Shown one piece after another: positions 18,764 through 26,711 of a stretch of DNA of 64,000 nucleotides (its first letter is position 1; the number at the start of each line of letters is the position of its first letter). Both the position numbers and the translations under genes were made by a program. The stretch is taken from assembly GCA_024875585.1 (NCBI GenBank), contig GCA_024875585.1_4107.1, one strand, 5' to 3'. Source of the DNA: a phage. The notes beneath the pieces were generated by a model. It worked only from the letters and a program-made list of their open reading frames with translations, did no database searches and was not told where the DNA came from.

Positions 18764-19945
18764 TTATGGTAAAATGATAGATTGTAACGAACTCATACCC
18801 AATGCTGGAACACTAGCCTGTGGTGCTGGAGAATTCAATTTTGGTGATGAAACCGCATATGACATTCCTGAACCCAAATCTGGATCAAAAACTACAGCAC
18901 AATAATTCCCACTATATATAAGTCCATTCTTGTATCCTTGTGCACTTTGAATGCATTTCGTGAACGTACCAATATCTGTCGTGGCATTTATTAAGTTCCT
19001 CCCACGATAACCGCAGGTGTATATGAAATTATCATCGCCTATGTACATACTAGAATCCCCAGAAGAACTACATAGATACGACATATAAGCACGCATGTTT
19101 TTAGGAGCAACTGACAATGTACCTGCATAGAATTTATTATTCGAACCCGTAATATCACCATCACCCAATGCACCAAAACTTCCCCAGCCAGTACCGTAAT
19201 ATCTCTTATCACTCAAAAATATAATACAGTTGTTATTACACATCTTGATTTGATATATCAATGAAGGATCAACCCCAGGGAATGATTCAGTGAATGTTAG
19301 AACAGCCGGATCAGTACTAGCATTACATTGATGATATGTATTAGTACCAGCGGACAAGATTGTTCCATTAGCTAACAGAATTCTCGCAGTACCAGTACCA
19401 GCAGTACAAGCAACTGCACTTCCTGCACTTCCGGTGTATATTTGTCTGAAAGTAAAGAAACCAACAGTTTTACTTCCCTGCCCACTCCAACCAGTATTAT
19501 CAACTCCACACGCCCATACTGAACCATCTTGCATGATCATCATTACACCAAAGCGTTCTATTGAAATATAAACAATCTTCGTTGTATCAACTGCACTAAA
19601 TCTAGAAGTTATATCAGTCCATACCTTAACACTTACCGCCGTCGCACTGGAAGTAGGATCTTCACCAGCTATCATTATCCTCCCATTGTTAGTAAGATAC
19701 ATTGTCTGACTATAACCAGTACTACAAAACTTAACACTATCAGTCTCTGGAACTTTTAACCACTCGTTGTAACGTGTTACGTTAGTGTTATTACCTAACT
19801 GATAATAGTTATTCATCCCAGATACATATAACACACCATCCTTTATTAAACTATAAGTCGCACTATAGTCACTACAGGTATAACGTGTACCCACAGGTCG
19901 CTCAACGACGTTCCCGTACTTAACCATTCTCCCAAAAGGTAACAT
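18764..19945 (-). CDS. RCC1-like repeat protein, paralog 4
   Basis: MLPFGRMVKYGN; LYVSGMNNYYQLGNNTN, VWACGVDNTGWSGQGSK, YYGTGWGSFGALGDGD. Confidence 0.75.
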   Translation of the reverse strand: MLPFGRMVKYGNVVERPVGTRYTCSDYSATYSLIKDGVLYVSGMNNYYQLGNNTNVTRYNEWLKVPETDSVKFCSTGYSQTMYLTNNGRIMIAGEDPTSSATAVSVKVWTDITSRFSAVDTTKIVYISIERFGVMMIMQDGSVWACGVDNTGWSGQGSKTVGFFTFRQIYTGSAGSAVACTAGTGTARILLANGTILSAGTNTYHQCNASTDPAVLTFTESFPGVDPSLIYQIKMCNNNCIIFLSDKRYYGTGWGSFGALGDGDITGSNNKFYAGTLSVAPKNMRAYMSYLCSSSGDSSMYIGDDNFIYTCGYRGRNLINATTDIGTFTKCIQSAQGYKNGLIYSGNYCAVVFDPDLGSGMSYAVSSPKLNSPAPQASVPALGMSSLQSIILP

Positions 19946-20011
19946 ATTTTCCTCCTTTATTCATTATACTATATTTAATACAAAAAGAAATGCCAGTATC
20001 AAGTACTGGCA
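19946..20011 (-). promoter_or_regulatory. conserved upstream cassette + terminator hairpin
   Basis: ...aaatatagTATAATgaataaaggaggaaaatATG (minus); hairpin tgccagtatcaagtactggca 19991-20011. Confidence 0.5.
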
Positions 20012-20018
20012 TATTAAT

Positions 20019-21167
20019 TCATTGTATAAATGACATATCTACTTCTGTATAATTAAGAACGTTCTGTCCAGAAATACCACCCATTACTACTATTGCAAGG
20101 CCACAATAATATAATTTTCCAGTATCCGTAAGTATAAGTGATCCAGATGGACTGCGTACCAAATCACACGAACTATTAAAAGAAGTATAAGAAGGAGTAT
20201 AGGAGTACTGATTATTATTATTACCAACACCTAATTGCCCAAACCCATTCGATCCAGAAGCATATAGAACTTCATCTGCTTTGACAATATGTGATGCCAT
20301 GTTACCAACACAAGTATATAGAGTATAAACTCCTGAACTCAATAATGTCGGAGTTTTATATTGTATATCTGTAGATGTAGAAGTACCACCTGTACCAAAT
20401 TCGTTCCCATATTGTGCACCGAACTGTTTACCACAAGCGTACAAATTATTATCCGATTTGATAAAAAATGTACTCTGATAACTTACATTAAAATCTATAA
20501 CATCCGAAGAAATCATCGTCACCCCAGTAATAGAAGTTTGATTACCCGTGCCCAACTGGTAGTAATAGTTAAAACCACAACCCCATAAAGTATTATCTTC
20601 TCGCAAATAAATGTTACCAACTGCCTTTTTAACCGAAGTTATAGTATCTACTCTTTTGAATGTGTTAAAAGAATTAATGTTTGTACCATCACCAAATGAT
20701 GATATGTTCGATATATTGTTAACTCCACAACAATACAATGTACCATCTTTTGTTATCAAATTCACCTTCATATCATAAAAACTACTCATGTATTTTATAT
20801 CAGAAACATTAACACCACTTGATGTTATCCACGTAGTACAGTCCGTCCACAAAGTTTTTCTATCAGTTACACCAGTGAATGCCTTCGTGTTACCAGTGAT
20901 AAAAACTTTTCCAGTACCTTTCTCTTCATACAATTGACAATCACTACTGTTATCTTCCAATAGAACTCGTTTAACATTCTCCGCACAAAGAATAAATTTA
21001 CTCGATGCTACACCTGTACCAGTACCCCAATTCGTCGCAGAAGATGCATACAACTTATCAGTATAAGTATCATGAAGATACATAGAATCACTGGAATATA
21101 TTTTAAAACGCCCTTCTTTCTCAGGTATAATATTCCCGTACTTAACCATTCTCCCAAAAGGTAACAT
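20019..21167 (-). CDS. RCC1-like repeat protein, paralog 5
   Basis: MLPFGRMVKYGN; LWGCGFNYYYQLGTGNQT, LYACGKQFGAQYGNEFGTG, LYASGSNGFGQLGVGNNN. Confidence 0.8.
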   Translation of the reverse strand: MLPFGRMVKYGNIIPEKEGRFKIYSSDSMYLHDTYTDKLYASSATNWGTGTGVASSKFILCAENVKRVLLEDNSSDCQLYEEKGTGKVFITGNTKAFTGVTDRKTLWTDCTTWITSSGVNVSDIKYMSSFYDMKVNLITKDGTLYCCGVNNISNISSFGDGTNINSFNTFKRVDTITSVKKAVGNIYLREDNTLWGCGFNYYYQLGTGNQTSITGVTMISSDVIDFNVSYQSTFFIKSDNNLYACGKQFGAQYGNEFGTGGTSTSTDIQYKTPTLLSSGVYTLYTCVGNMASHIVKADEVLYASGSNGFGQLGVGNNNNQYSYTPSYTSFNSSCDLVRSPSGSLILTDTGKLYYCGLAIVVMGGISGQNVLNYTEVDMSFIQ

Positions 21168-21200
21168 ATCCCCTCCTTATTCATTATATCATATTTACCC
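21168..21200 (-). promoter_or_regulatory. conserved upstream cassette
   Basis: minus reading gggtaaatatgaTATAATgaataaggaggggatATG. Confidence 0.45.
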
Positions 21201-21209
21201 AAAAAACAC

Positions 21210-21238
21210 TTGACACCCTTTCAGTACTGTTGTACGAT
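21210..21238 (+). promoter_or_regulatory. sigma70-type promoter of the family C array (divergent from RCC1 island)
   Basis: TTGACA(21210-15)-17nt-TACGAT(21233-38); spacer contains cagtactg. Confidence 0.55.
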
Positions 21239-21263
21239 AGAAGGAATATTAGGAGAACTACAC

Positions 21264-21491
21264 ATGACAAATACCCTTAAGTACTACCTCAATACTCTGC
21301 CCGACCTAGAGTACGGGAAGTTTCTCGCAGATAGTTCGTGGCTGATTGAGCTAAAAACACATAACAGCCCTGGATGCACCCTTATGATGAACAATGCAAT
21401 TGATACCCTTATAGTGAGTATTTTACATAGCAATATCTACGAGGATAACAATAAACAATTAACAAAAATCTTAGTACTGCTATCTCTATGA
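21264..21491 (+). CDS. family C small protein (diverged member)
   Basis: ATG 21264 after aggag; LKYYLNTL.., MNNAIDTLI.., tail ILVLLSL. Confidence 0.65.
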   Translation: MTNTLKYYLNTLPDLEYGKFLADSSWLIELKTHNSPGCTLMMNNAIDTLIVSILHSNIYEDNNKQLTKILVLLSL

Positions 21492-21700
21492 ACACTATGA
21501 GCACTGAACAGTTCTACATCAATGCACTACCAACTAAAAGTCTTCAAGAAAGCTTACTGTATACACAAAAGAATTTTAAAAACTTCAAACGTTGCCCTAA
21601 ACTACTGAACTCGTACAGGAATAATATTATAAGAAATGTTTTACAAGGAGAAGAAAGTATGCAATACTATCACATCCTTATCCTTATATTGGAGTACTAA
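21488..21700 (+). CDS. family C small protein
   Basis: ATGA overlap; EQFYINAL.., tail ILILILEY. Confidence 0.65.
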   Translation: MNTMSTEQFYINALPTKSLQESLLYTQKNFKNFKRCPKLLNSYRNNIIRNVLQGEESMQYYHILILILEY

Positions 21701-21701
21701 T

Positions 21702-21911
21702 ATGAATACTGAACATAAAGAATTCTACACCAAATACCTCAGTAACGAAGAACAATTGTTTCTAAGAAGTGTATCACCTGTAAGTACCAATACTCAATTC
21801 GGTAGAGATTGCTTTAATAATTGTATACGTAGTACCCTAGAAGCTATCGAATACAATAACAAAAATATTATGTACTCAGGTTTAATAGGACTAATATTCT
21901 TCTATGAATAA
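21702..21911 (+). CDS. family C small protein
   Basis: MNTEHKEFYTKYL.., FNNCIRSTLEAI, tail LIGLIFFYE. Confidence 0.7.
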   Translation: MNTEHKEFYTKYLSNEEQLFLRSVSPVSTNTQFGRDCFNNCIRSTLEAIEYNNKNIMYSGLIGLIFFYE

Positions 21912-22098
21912 TCATAAAGATTTCTATGGTAGTAAACTACACAAACATGAACAGCTATCATTCTCTTTAGCACCACCTATGAGAAAGGATAATCTATATT
22001 ATAATTACGATTTCAGGATGGCGACACGTTATGCAATAGAACATCAGTTCCCTGAAACTAAGTACCGCTCTATCCTGAACCTCATCTTTAAGTTCTAA
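21904..22098 (+). CDS. family C small protein
   Basis: MNNHKDFYGSKL.., tail ILNLIFKF. Confidence 0.7.
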   Translation: MNNHKDFYGSKLHKHEQLSFSLAPPMRKDNLYYNYDFRMATRYAIEHQFPETKYRSILNLIFKF

Positions 22099-22145
22099 AA
22101 ACCGCACCAGGGTCCGAGTACTTTAACATAGTAAGGCTAATTACA

Positions 22146-22331
22146 ATGAATCACATAAGCTACTACTACCAACAACTATCCGACAGAGACAAGTACAGCC
22201 ACAATTCCCATGTATGGTACTACAAACGCGGCAGTATAAGAGACAAACAACATTACTTCTGTATTTCTATTAAAGAAGCACTAACAACTAAGTACACGTA
22301 CAGAGCAGTACTTAAACTAATCTCTATCTAA
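22146..22331 (+). CDS. family C small protein
   Basis: MNHISYYYQQL.., tail VLKLISI. Confidence 0.6.
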   Translation: MNHISYYYQQLSDRDKYSHNSHVWYYKRGSIRDKQHYFCISIKEALTTKYTYRAVLKLISI

Positions 22332-22339
22332 GGAATACT

Positions 22340-22519
22340 ATGCAAGAATTCTATATAGAACATATAACCATAAAAGACCGTTTCATGTACGACACCTTCG
22401 TGAAATACTACAAACTGGGAACAAAAAGTACTAAAAATATAAATCTCAATAGCTGCATTCATTCTGCACTAACAAAAGAAAATCCCTTCAGGGAAATCCT
22501 TGCACTTGCATCTGTATAA
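22340..22519 (+). CDS. family C small protein (59 aa; below ORF-track cutoff)
   Basis: MQEFYIEHI...NSCIHSALTKEN...ILALASV; SD aagga. Confidence 0.6.
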   Translation: MQEFYIEHITIKDRFMYDTFVKYYKLGTKSTKNINLNSCIHSALTKENPFREILALASV

Positions 22520-22529
22520 AGGAATTCAA

Positions 22530-23189
22530 ATGAAACTTAATCCACACAGTAAACAATACCTTAAGCACTTTAAATACCTCAACAGTATTCAAGCAGAATC
22601 AGTTACATCATCTTATACGTATCACCCGAATATACTAAAGAAACGAAATAAAAAGAAAAAATCCAGACCTGTTCTCGTATCTAAGAACCTCAAATCGTAC
22701 TTGAAGAAAAATAATATAGCTCTTGCTTTTATTAGTATCTATAATACTGATTTAAAAGTATTGAGTACTAATACCAGCACAAAAGCACTAAAGAATGCAT
22801 CTATCTATATACACATGGATAATATCCCGTGCACTATAATTCTATCTTTCGGGAATGTATACTTCTTCGGGAATTGTAATAGCACCCATGATATCAGTAC
22901 TGCACAATTCCAAATCGGAGATATGTACTGCATGGGTTCAGAAAAAATACACGATAACATGCACTTCTTCCAAAAGCAACGTACTAACGAAACTGATACA
23001 GTACTGCAATTCCTCAAAGAATTACAAAACAAAGAATTATCCGAGGAAGAAGAATTCATGTACAGTACTGTAATCGATAATCCAGGACTCTATAAAAACG
23101 CGTACAAACTAACAAAACATGTACAGGAACTTATCAGTACTGATAAGAAATTCCATCACCTCATTACGTATATTTCAAACTATGTATAA
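22530..23189 (+). CDS. hypothetical protein (219 aa) embedded in family C array; family B-like core
   Basis: ATG 22530 after aaagga; LSEEEEFMYSTVIDN resembles family B LSDESLFQYSTMYDN (Q replaced by M). Confidence 0.7.
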   Translation: MKLNPHSKQYLKHFKYLNSIQAESVTSSYTYHPNILKKRNKKKKSRPVLVSKNLKSYLKKNNIALAFISIYNTDLKVLSTNTSTKALKNASIYIHMDNIPCTIILSFGNVYFFGNCNSTHDISTAQFQIGDMYCMGSEKIHDNMHFFQKQRTNETDTVLQFLKELQNKELSEEEEFMYSTVIDNPGLYKNAYKLTKHVQELISTDKKFHHLITYISNYV

Positions 23190-23364
23190 AGAATTCTACA
23201 AAGATAAAATCCCAATGCATCTACAACACCATATACCAAACGTTGCATTGGGCATAAAAGATCACGCAAAGATAATGTTCCAACAATGTACTAAGTACAC
23301 GCTCATATACGATGATAATCCATATATGCTGTACTACGTAGTAATGCTAACATTCAGGTACTAA
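23182..23364 (+). CDS. family C small protein
   Basis: MYKEFYKDKI.., tail VVMLTFRY. Confidence 0.7.
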   Translation: MYKEFYKDKIPMHLQHHIPNVALGIKDHAKIMFQQCTKYTLIYDDNPYMLYYVVMLTFRY

Positions 23365-23365
23365 T

Positions 23366-23545
23366 ATGCACAAATATAAAGAATTCTACCTCTCGTACCT
23401 TAATTCCGATATAGTAACATCCAATACCTTCAGTACTAAAATTATCTATAATGAAGTAATGAAAGAATGTATTAAAGGTGCTATTAACCCTAAAGATACG
23501 TATGACTTGTACTATGCAGTACTAACCCTTGTTTTCACGAAATAA
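23366..23545 (+). CDS. family C small protein (59 aa; below ORF-track cutoff)
   Basis: MHKYKEFYLSYL...MKECIKGAINPK...VLTLVFTK; ggtactaatATG junction. Confidence 0.6.
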   Translation: MHKYKEFYLSYLNSDIVTSNTFSTKIIYNEVMKECIKGAINPKDTYDLYYAVLTLVFTK

Positions 23546-23553
23546 CACATAAT

Positions 23554-23742
23554 ATGAATAACCACAAAGAATACTACATACAATTTCTCCCCAGTATTTT
23601 TGAACACTACGCCAGATATAAAGTCCCCCTGGATAACGATTTGGCAGTACTGGGATTCAATCACTGCATAGAACGAAGTATAGAAAATAGTAATAGCTAT
23701 GAACAATTATATAACACTATCCTACTTATATTCAGGTACTAA
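23554..23742 (+). CDS. family C small protein
   Basis: MNNHKEYYIQFL.., FNHCIERSIENS, tail ILLIFRY. Confidence 0.75.
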   Translation: MNNHKEYYIQFLPSIFEHYARYKVPLDNDLAVLGFNHCIERSIENSNSYEQLYNTILLIFRY

Positions 23743-23743
23743 T

Positions 23744-23932
23744 ATGCACAAAGAATACTACGCAAAATATTTCCCAATGTATCTCAGAACTAATCTATTA
23801 GATAAACCTCGCGATATCAATGCACAAAACGATAAAGTGTACTTTATTATGTGCACTAAAGCATGTATACTAGATCATGACAGCTACCATCGAGTACTGT
23901 ATCATACACTGTACCTAGCTTTCGTATTCTAA
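23744..23932 (+). CDS. family C small protein
   Basis: MHKEYYAKYF.., tail LYLAFVF; ggtactaatATG junction. Confidence 0.75.
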   Translation: MHKEYYAKYFPMYLRTNLLDKPRDINAQNDKVYFIMCTKACILDHDSYHRVLYHTLYLAFVF

Positions 23933-23941
23933 GAGAACAAT

Positions 23942-24127
23942 ATGCATAAAGAATTCTACTTAAGCCATCTGGATCTAAACTCCCAAATGCTTATACCACT
24001 AATCCCAATAGATATCAAGGATAAGAAAAATACCGAACAATTCATTTACCATACACAGTGTGCGATCACCCCAAATTACATTCCATATGAATTGTACTAC
24101 ATTCTCGCCCTAATATATAGGTACTAA
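23942..24127 (+). CDS. family C small protein
   Basis: MHKEFYLSHL.., tail LALIYRY. Confidence 0.75.
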   Translation: MHKEFYLSHLDLNSQMLIPLIPIDIKDKKNTEQFIYHTQCAITPNYIPYELYYILALIYRY

Positions 24128-24128
24128 T

Positions 24129-24314
24129 ATGCATAGAGAATACTACACACAATTTGTTAAAGGGAACTACAAACATGCCGTACCCAGAACCCCTTTAAAT
24201 TCTCATGACCCAAGTACTATATTCCTGTTTAATGACGCAATACGTACAGTACTCAATACTAAAGATGAACAAGTGCAGTACGTATTCTTACTTTTACTTA
24301 TATACAGACACTAA
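24129..24314 (+). CDS. family C small protein
   Basis: MHREYYTQFV.., FNDAIRTVLNTK, tail LLLIYRH; 18-bp tandem duplication (atacagacactaactaat x2, 24302-24337) at its 3' junction. Confidence 0.75.
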   Translation: MHREYYTQFVKGNYKHAVPRTPLNSHDPSTIFLFNDAIRTVLNTKDEQVQYVFLLLLIYRH

Positions 24315-24337
24315 CTAATATACAGACACTAACTAAT

Positions 24338-24520
24338 ATGAATAAAGAACATAAAGACTTCTACATAAGAAAACTAACATTCGTCCCCGTAAGAATATAC
24401 AAAGAATGCGACCCAAGATTATACCTATGGCACTTCAATGAGTGCATAAAAGATTCTATATACCCTAAGAACTATAAAGAACAATTGTGCTCAGTACTAA
24501 CACTAGTACTATCATATTAA
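24338..24520 (+). CDS. family C small protein
   Basis: MNKEHKDFYIRKL.., FNECIKDSIYPK, tail LTLVLSY. Confidence 0.75.
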   Translation: MNKEHKDFYIRKLTFVPVRIYKECDPRLYLWHFNECIKDSIYPKNYKEQLCSVLTLVLSY

Positions 24521-24533
24521 TAGAGATAATACT

Positions 24534-24725
24534 ATGTATAAAGAGTACTATATAAGTAAACTCAAAGAGAATGAACAAGCATGGATTAAATCTATAATAG
24601 CACTTGCATTTAATAGATATGCATTTAACAGATGCACAGAGATTGCTATAGAACCTTGTCCTATTAAAGAGAAGGCACAGTACAATCAGTACTACTATAT
24701 GTTAATGCTTATATATAGAAAGTAA
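24534..24725 (+). CDS. family C small protein
   Basis: MYKEYYISKL.., FNRCTEIAIEPC, tail LMLIYRK. Confidence 0.75.
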   Translation: MYKEYYISKLKENEQAWIKSIIALAFNRYAFNRCTEIAIEPCPIKEKAQYNQYYYMLMLIYRK

Positions 24726-25381
24726 TTCAACATAGAGACAGGGGAAGCTCCGCAGGGTAAGCATTGGACAGGCTTTAACATATGTTATATATGTTAAAAT
24801 TCAGCCTGGACAAATGCGATCACTAGGATTCTCCCCAGGCTAAACCCCGTAATCATATATAAACATTTAAGTAATCATTTATAATCATTGTGGTGATCAG
24901 TAGTGATTAGTATTGAGTACTAGAGTGTAATAGAGTACAGGAATGTGCACGTTTAATCAAGAACGTAGCAGTACTGATATGCCACTAAGTAGGCAGAGGA
25001 AGTCTGCCGTACTTTGTAGTTTCCAAGCTCCTTTTCCATTTTGCAAATTACATCAAATGTAATCAAAAGTAATCACGTAATGATTAGTACTGAAATATTA
25101 GTTTCATCTTTTTTCAAATACCTTTTTACCCTTCGGGATAAATGTATTTTTATCCATTTACCTTTGGGGTAAAATCCCATTACCCCTTGAGGCTCCAGCA
25201 AAAAGTTGGAAAGTACTCCATCGTAAATATGGATCGTAAAAATTTTGGAGTACCTATGAAATAAAAGTTGGATCTTCGAAAGTTGAAATTTACGTTGGGA
25301 CATTGATGTTTTTTGGGATATAATGAGTTTTGTAGTGATGAAGTTTGTACGATTACAGTACTGAATAATGAAAGAAAGCTA

Positions 25382-25409
25382 TTGACATTATGATTCAGTA
25401 CTGTATAAT
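25382..25409 (+). promoter_or_regulatory. orphan sigma70-type promoter (no ORF downstream)
   Basis: TTGACA(25382-87)-16nt-TATAAT(25404-09) with cagtacTG extended -10. Confidence 0.55.
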
Positions 25410-25811
25410 GTTCTACATAGAGAGATGAGTTGCCGCAAACAATTCATTCACTCTACCTCCTGTCGTGAGACAGTACAGAAAAGATAGTTCCTCCTATGCG
25501 TGGTACATCTTTTTATAACCTCTTTTTTAGTAATATAAACAGTACTGGTATTAACAGAATGGTATCAGTACTGACTTTAATCTAATACATTATACCACCA
25601 GCACAAGCTGGTGGATTCCCTCTAACAGTATTCAGTACTACATGATAGTCTTCATCCTCCTAGGGTAACATAGTGAGGGCTATTGTGGGAGTACTGAATA
25701 CTCCTTTCAAAAGATAGAATAATGGTATAGTACCGACGGATTTTGGGCGTAGTTACCCTGGGTGGATTTTGGACGTAGATATGTCTAGCCCTCCAGAAGT
25801 CTGGAAGTAAA

Positions 25812-25923
25812 GATGGCTATCCATCTAGACGGCTAAACGGATAGATTTCTAGATGGCTGTATGGCTAGACGTTTGGATGGCTAAACGGCTAGATGGTTAC
25901 ACGTCTGGAAGTATAGACGGCTA
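25812..25923. repeat. 8-bp-periodic iteron-like array (about 14 units, consensus GAYGGCTA)
   Basis: gatggcta tccatcta gacggcta aacggata gatttcta gatggctg tatggcta gacgtttg gatggcta aacggcta gatggtta cacgtctg gaagtata gacggcta; flanked by gtctggaagta at 25797 and 25901. Confidence 0.7.
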
Positions 25924-26084
25924 AATCAAAATTTTTATTTTGTTTTTCCAATAGTTCCCCTACCGCGTGAGGATATTTTTCCCCGCAGTATCTGGAGTTA
26001 GATTTTTCTGAATCTGGAATCATTATCTAATAAACTGGGGGCAATGTCAACCGCCTGGATGAATATTTTTAAAAATAATCTAGT

Positions 26085-26174
26085 ACTGAATTTTGGGCGT
26101 AACTATGCACCCGGTGGGCTTGAGTCTTTCTCGACTTGATGAAACTATTATACAGTACTAGAAAAATAAAGCAA
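26085..26174 (-). ncRNA. candidate small-RNA unit (own promoter + CCCAC-core transcript)
   Basis: minus reading TTGCTT(26174-69)-16nt-TATAAT(26152-47), then agtttcatcaagtcgagaaagactcaagCCCACCGGGTGCatagttacgcccaaaattc; no ORF. Confidence 0.35.
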
Positions 26175-26261
26175 TACCCTAAACGCAAAAAAATTTAATT
26201 AATTTGCTTGCTATCCTGGGCCGTAATATGGTACTATTAGTTCAGTACTGAGAAAGTGCTT

Positions 26262-26290
26262 TAACCTGCTAGGGTGCGGGAGTGTATCCT
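26262..26290 (+). repeat. partial plus-orientation copy of the CCCAC-N-GGGTGCGGGAGTGTATC element
   Basis: ctgctAGGGTGCGGGAGTGTATCc; faces the reverse copy at 26313-26324. Confidence 0.5.
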
Positions 26291-26294
26291 TTTT

Positions 26295-26391
26295 AAATTA
26301 TATGAATTTTGGGCGGATCTCGGCACCCTGTGGGTCAGTGCCTTGTGTCCGGCTTATGTAGTAATTATACGCTTTTTCAGTACTGAGTCAA
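26295..26391 (-). ncRNA. candidate small-RNA unit (own promoter + CCCAC-core transcript)
   Basis: minus reading TTGACT(26391-86)-16nt-TATAAT(26369-64), then tactacataagccggacacaaggcactgaCCCACAGGGTGCcgagatccgcccaaaattc; GGCAC/GUGCC can close an 11-nt loop. Confidence 0.35.
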
Positions 26392-26628
26392 TAGCTAAAA
26401 ACAAAAATAATTGAAAATAATTTAACGCGTTTAAACGGCCCGTAAAGCCCTGGAGTGATTGGAATGGTACAAATGTATAGCTTAGGTGTATTAATGCGTT
26501 AGAATGCGATTGAGGCCGTTTTATGGGGTGTAGTGGTGATTTGATTGATTCAGTACTGAATAATAGTACTGAAAGATAGTTCCCCTATATAGAAAGAAAA
26601 CTATTTTAAAAGTACATGTAGAAAGTAC

Positions 26629-26687
26629 TTGCAAACTATCTCAATTGGCGTATAATGTTTTACATCGAGAGCGGGAACACTTCCCGC
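26629..26687 (+). promoter_or_regulatory. early-type promoter + GGGAA/TTCCC leader hairpin
   Basis: aaAGTACTTGCAA-16nt-TATAAT(26651-56); hairpin gcgggaa-cac-ttcccgc 26671-87. Confidence 0.65.
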
Positions 26688-26711
26688 TGCACATAAAGAG
26701 AGATTAAAACG

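Noticed and set aside
25812-25923. Could the 8-bp periodic array, or the tandem paralog arrays at 21-24.7 kb and 45-64 kb, be a CRISPR array?
   Set aside because: The units are 8 bp with no unique spacers. The large arrays are protein-coding paralogs with SD/ATG signals and overlapping stops. There are no 28-37 bp direct repeats with spacers and no cas genes.
24726-26711. tRNA, tmRNA or rRNA genes in the 2-kb non-coding hub
   Set aside because: I could not find a T-arm-like GGTTCGAAT/GTTCRANYC motif or a cloverleaf-compatible set of stems. No tRNAscan-type search was possible, so this is a by-eye rejection.
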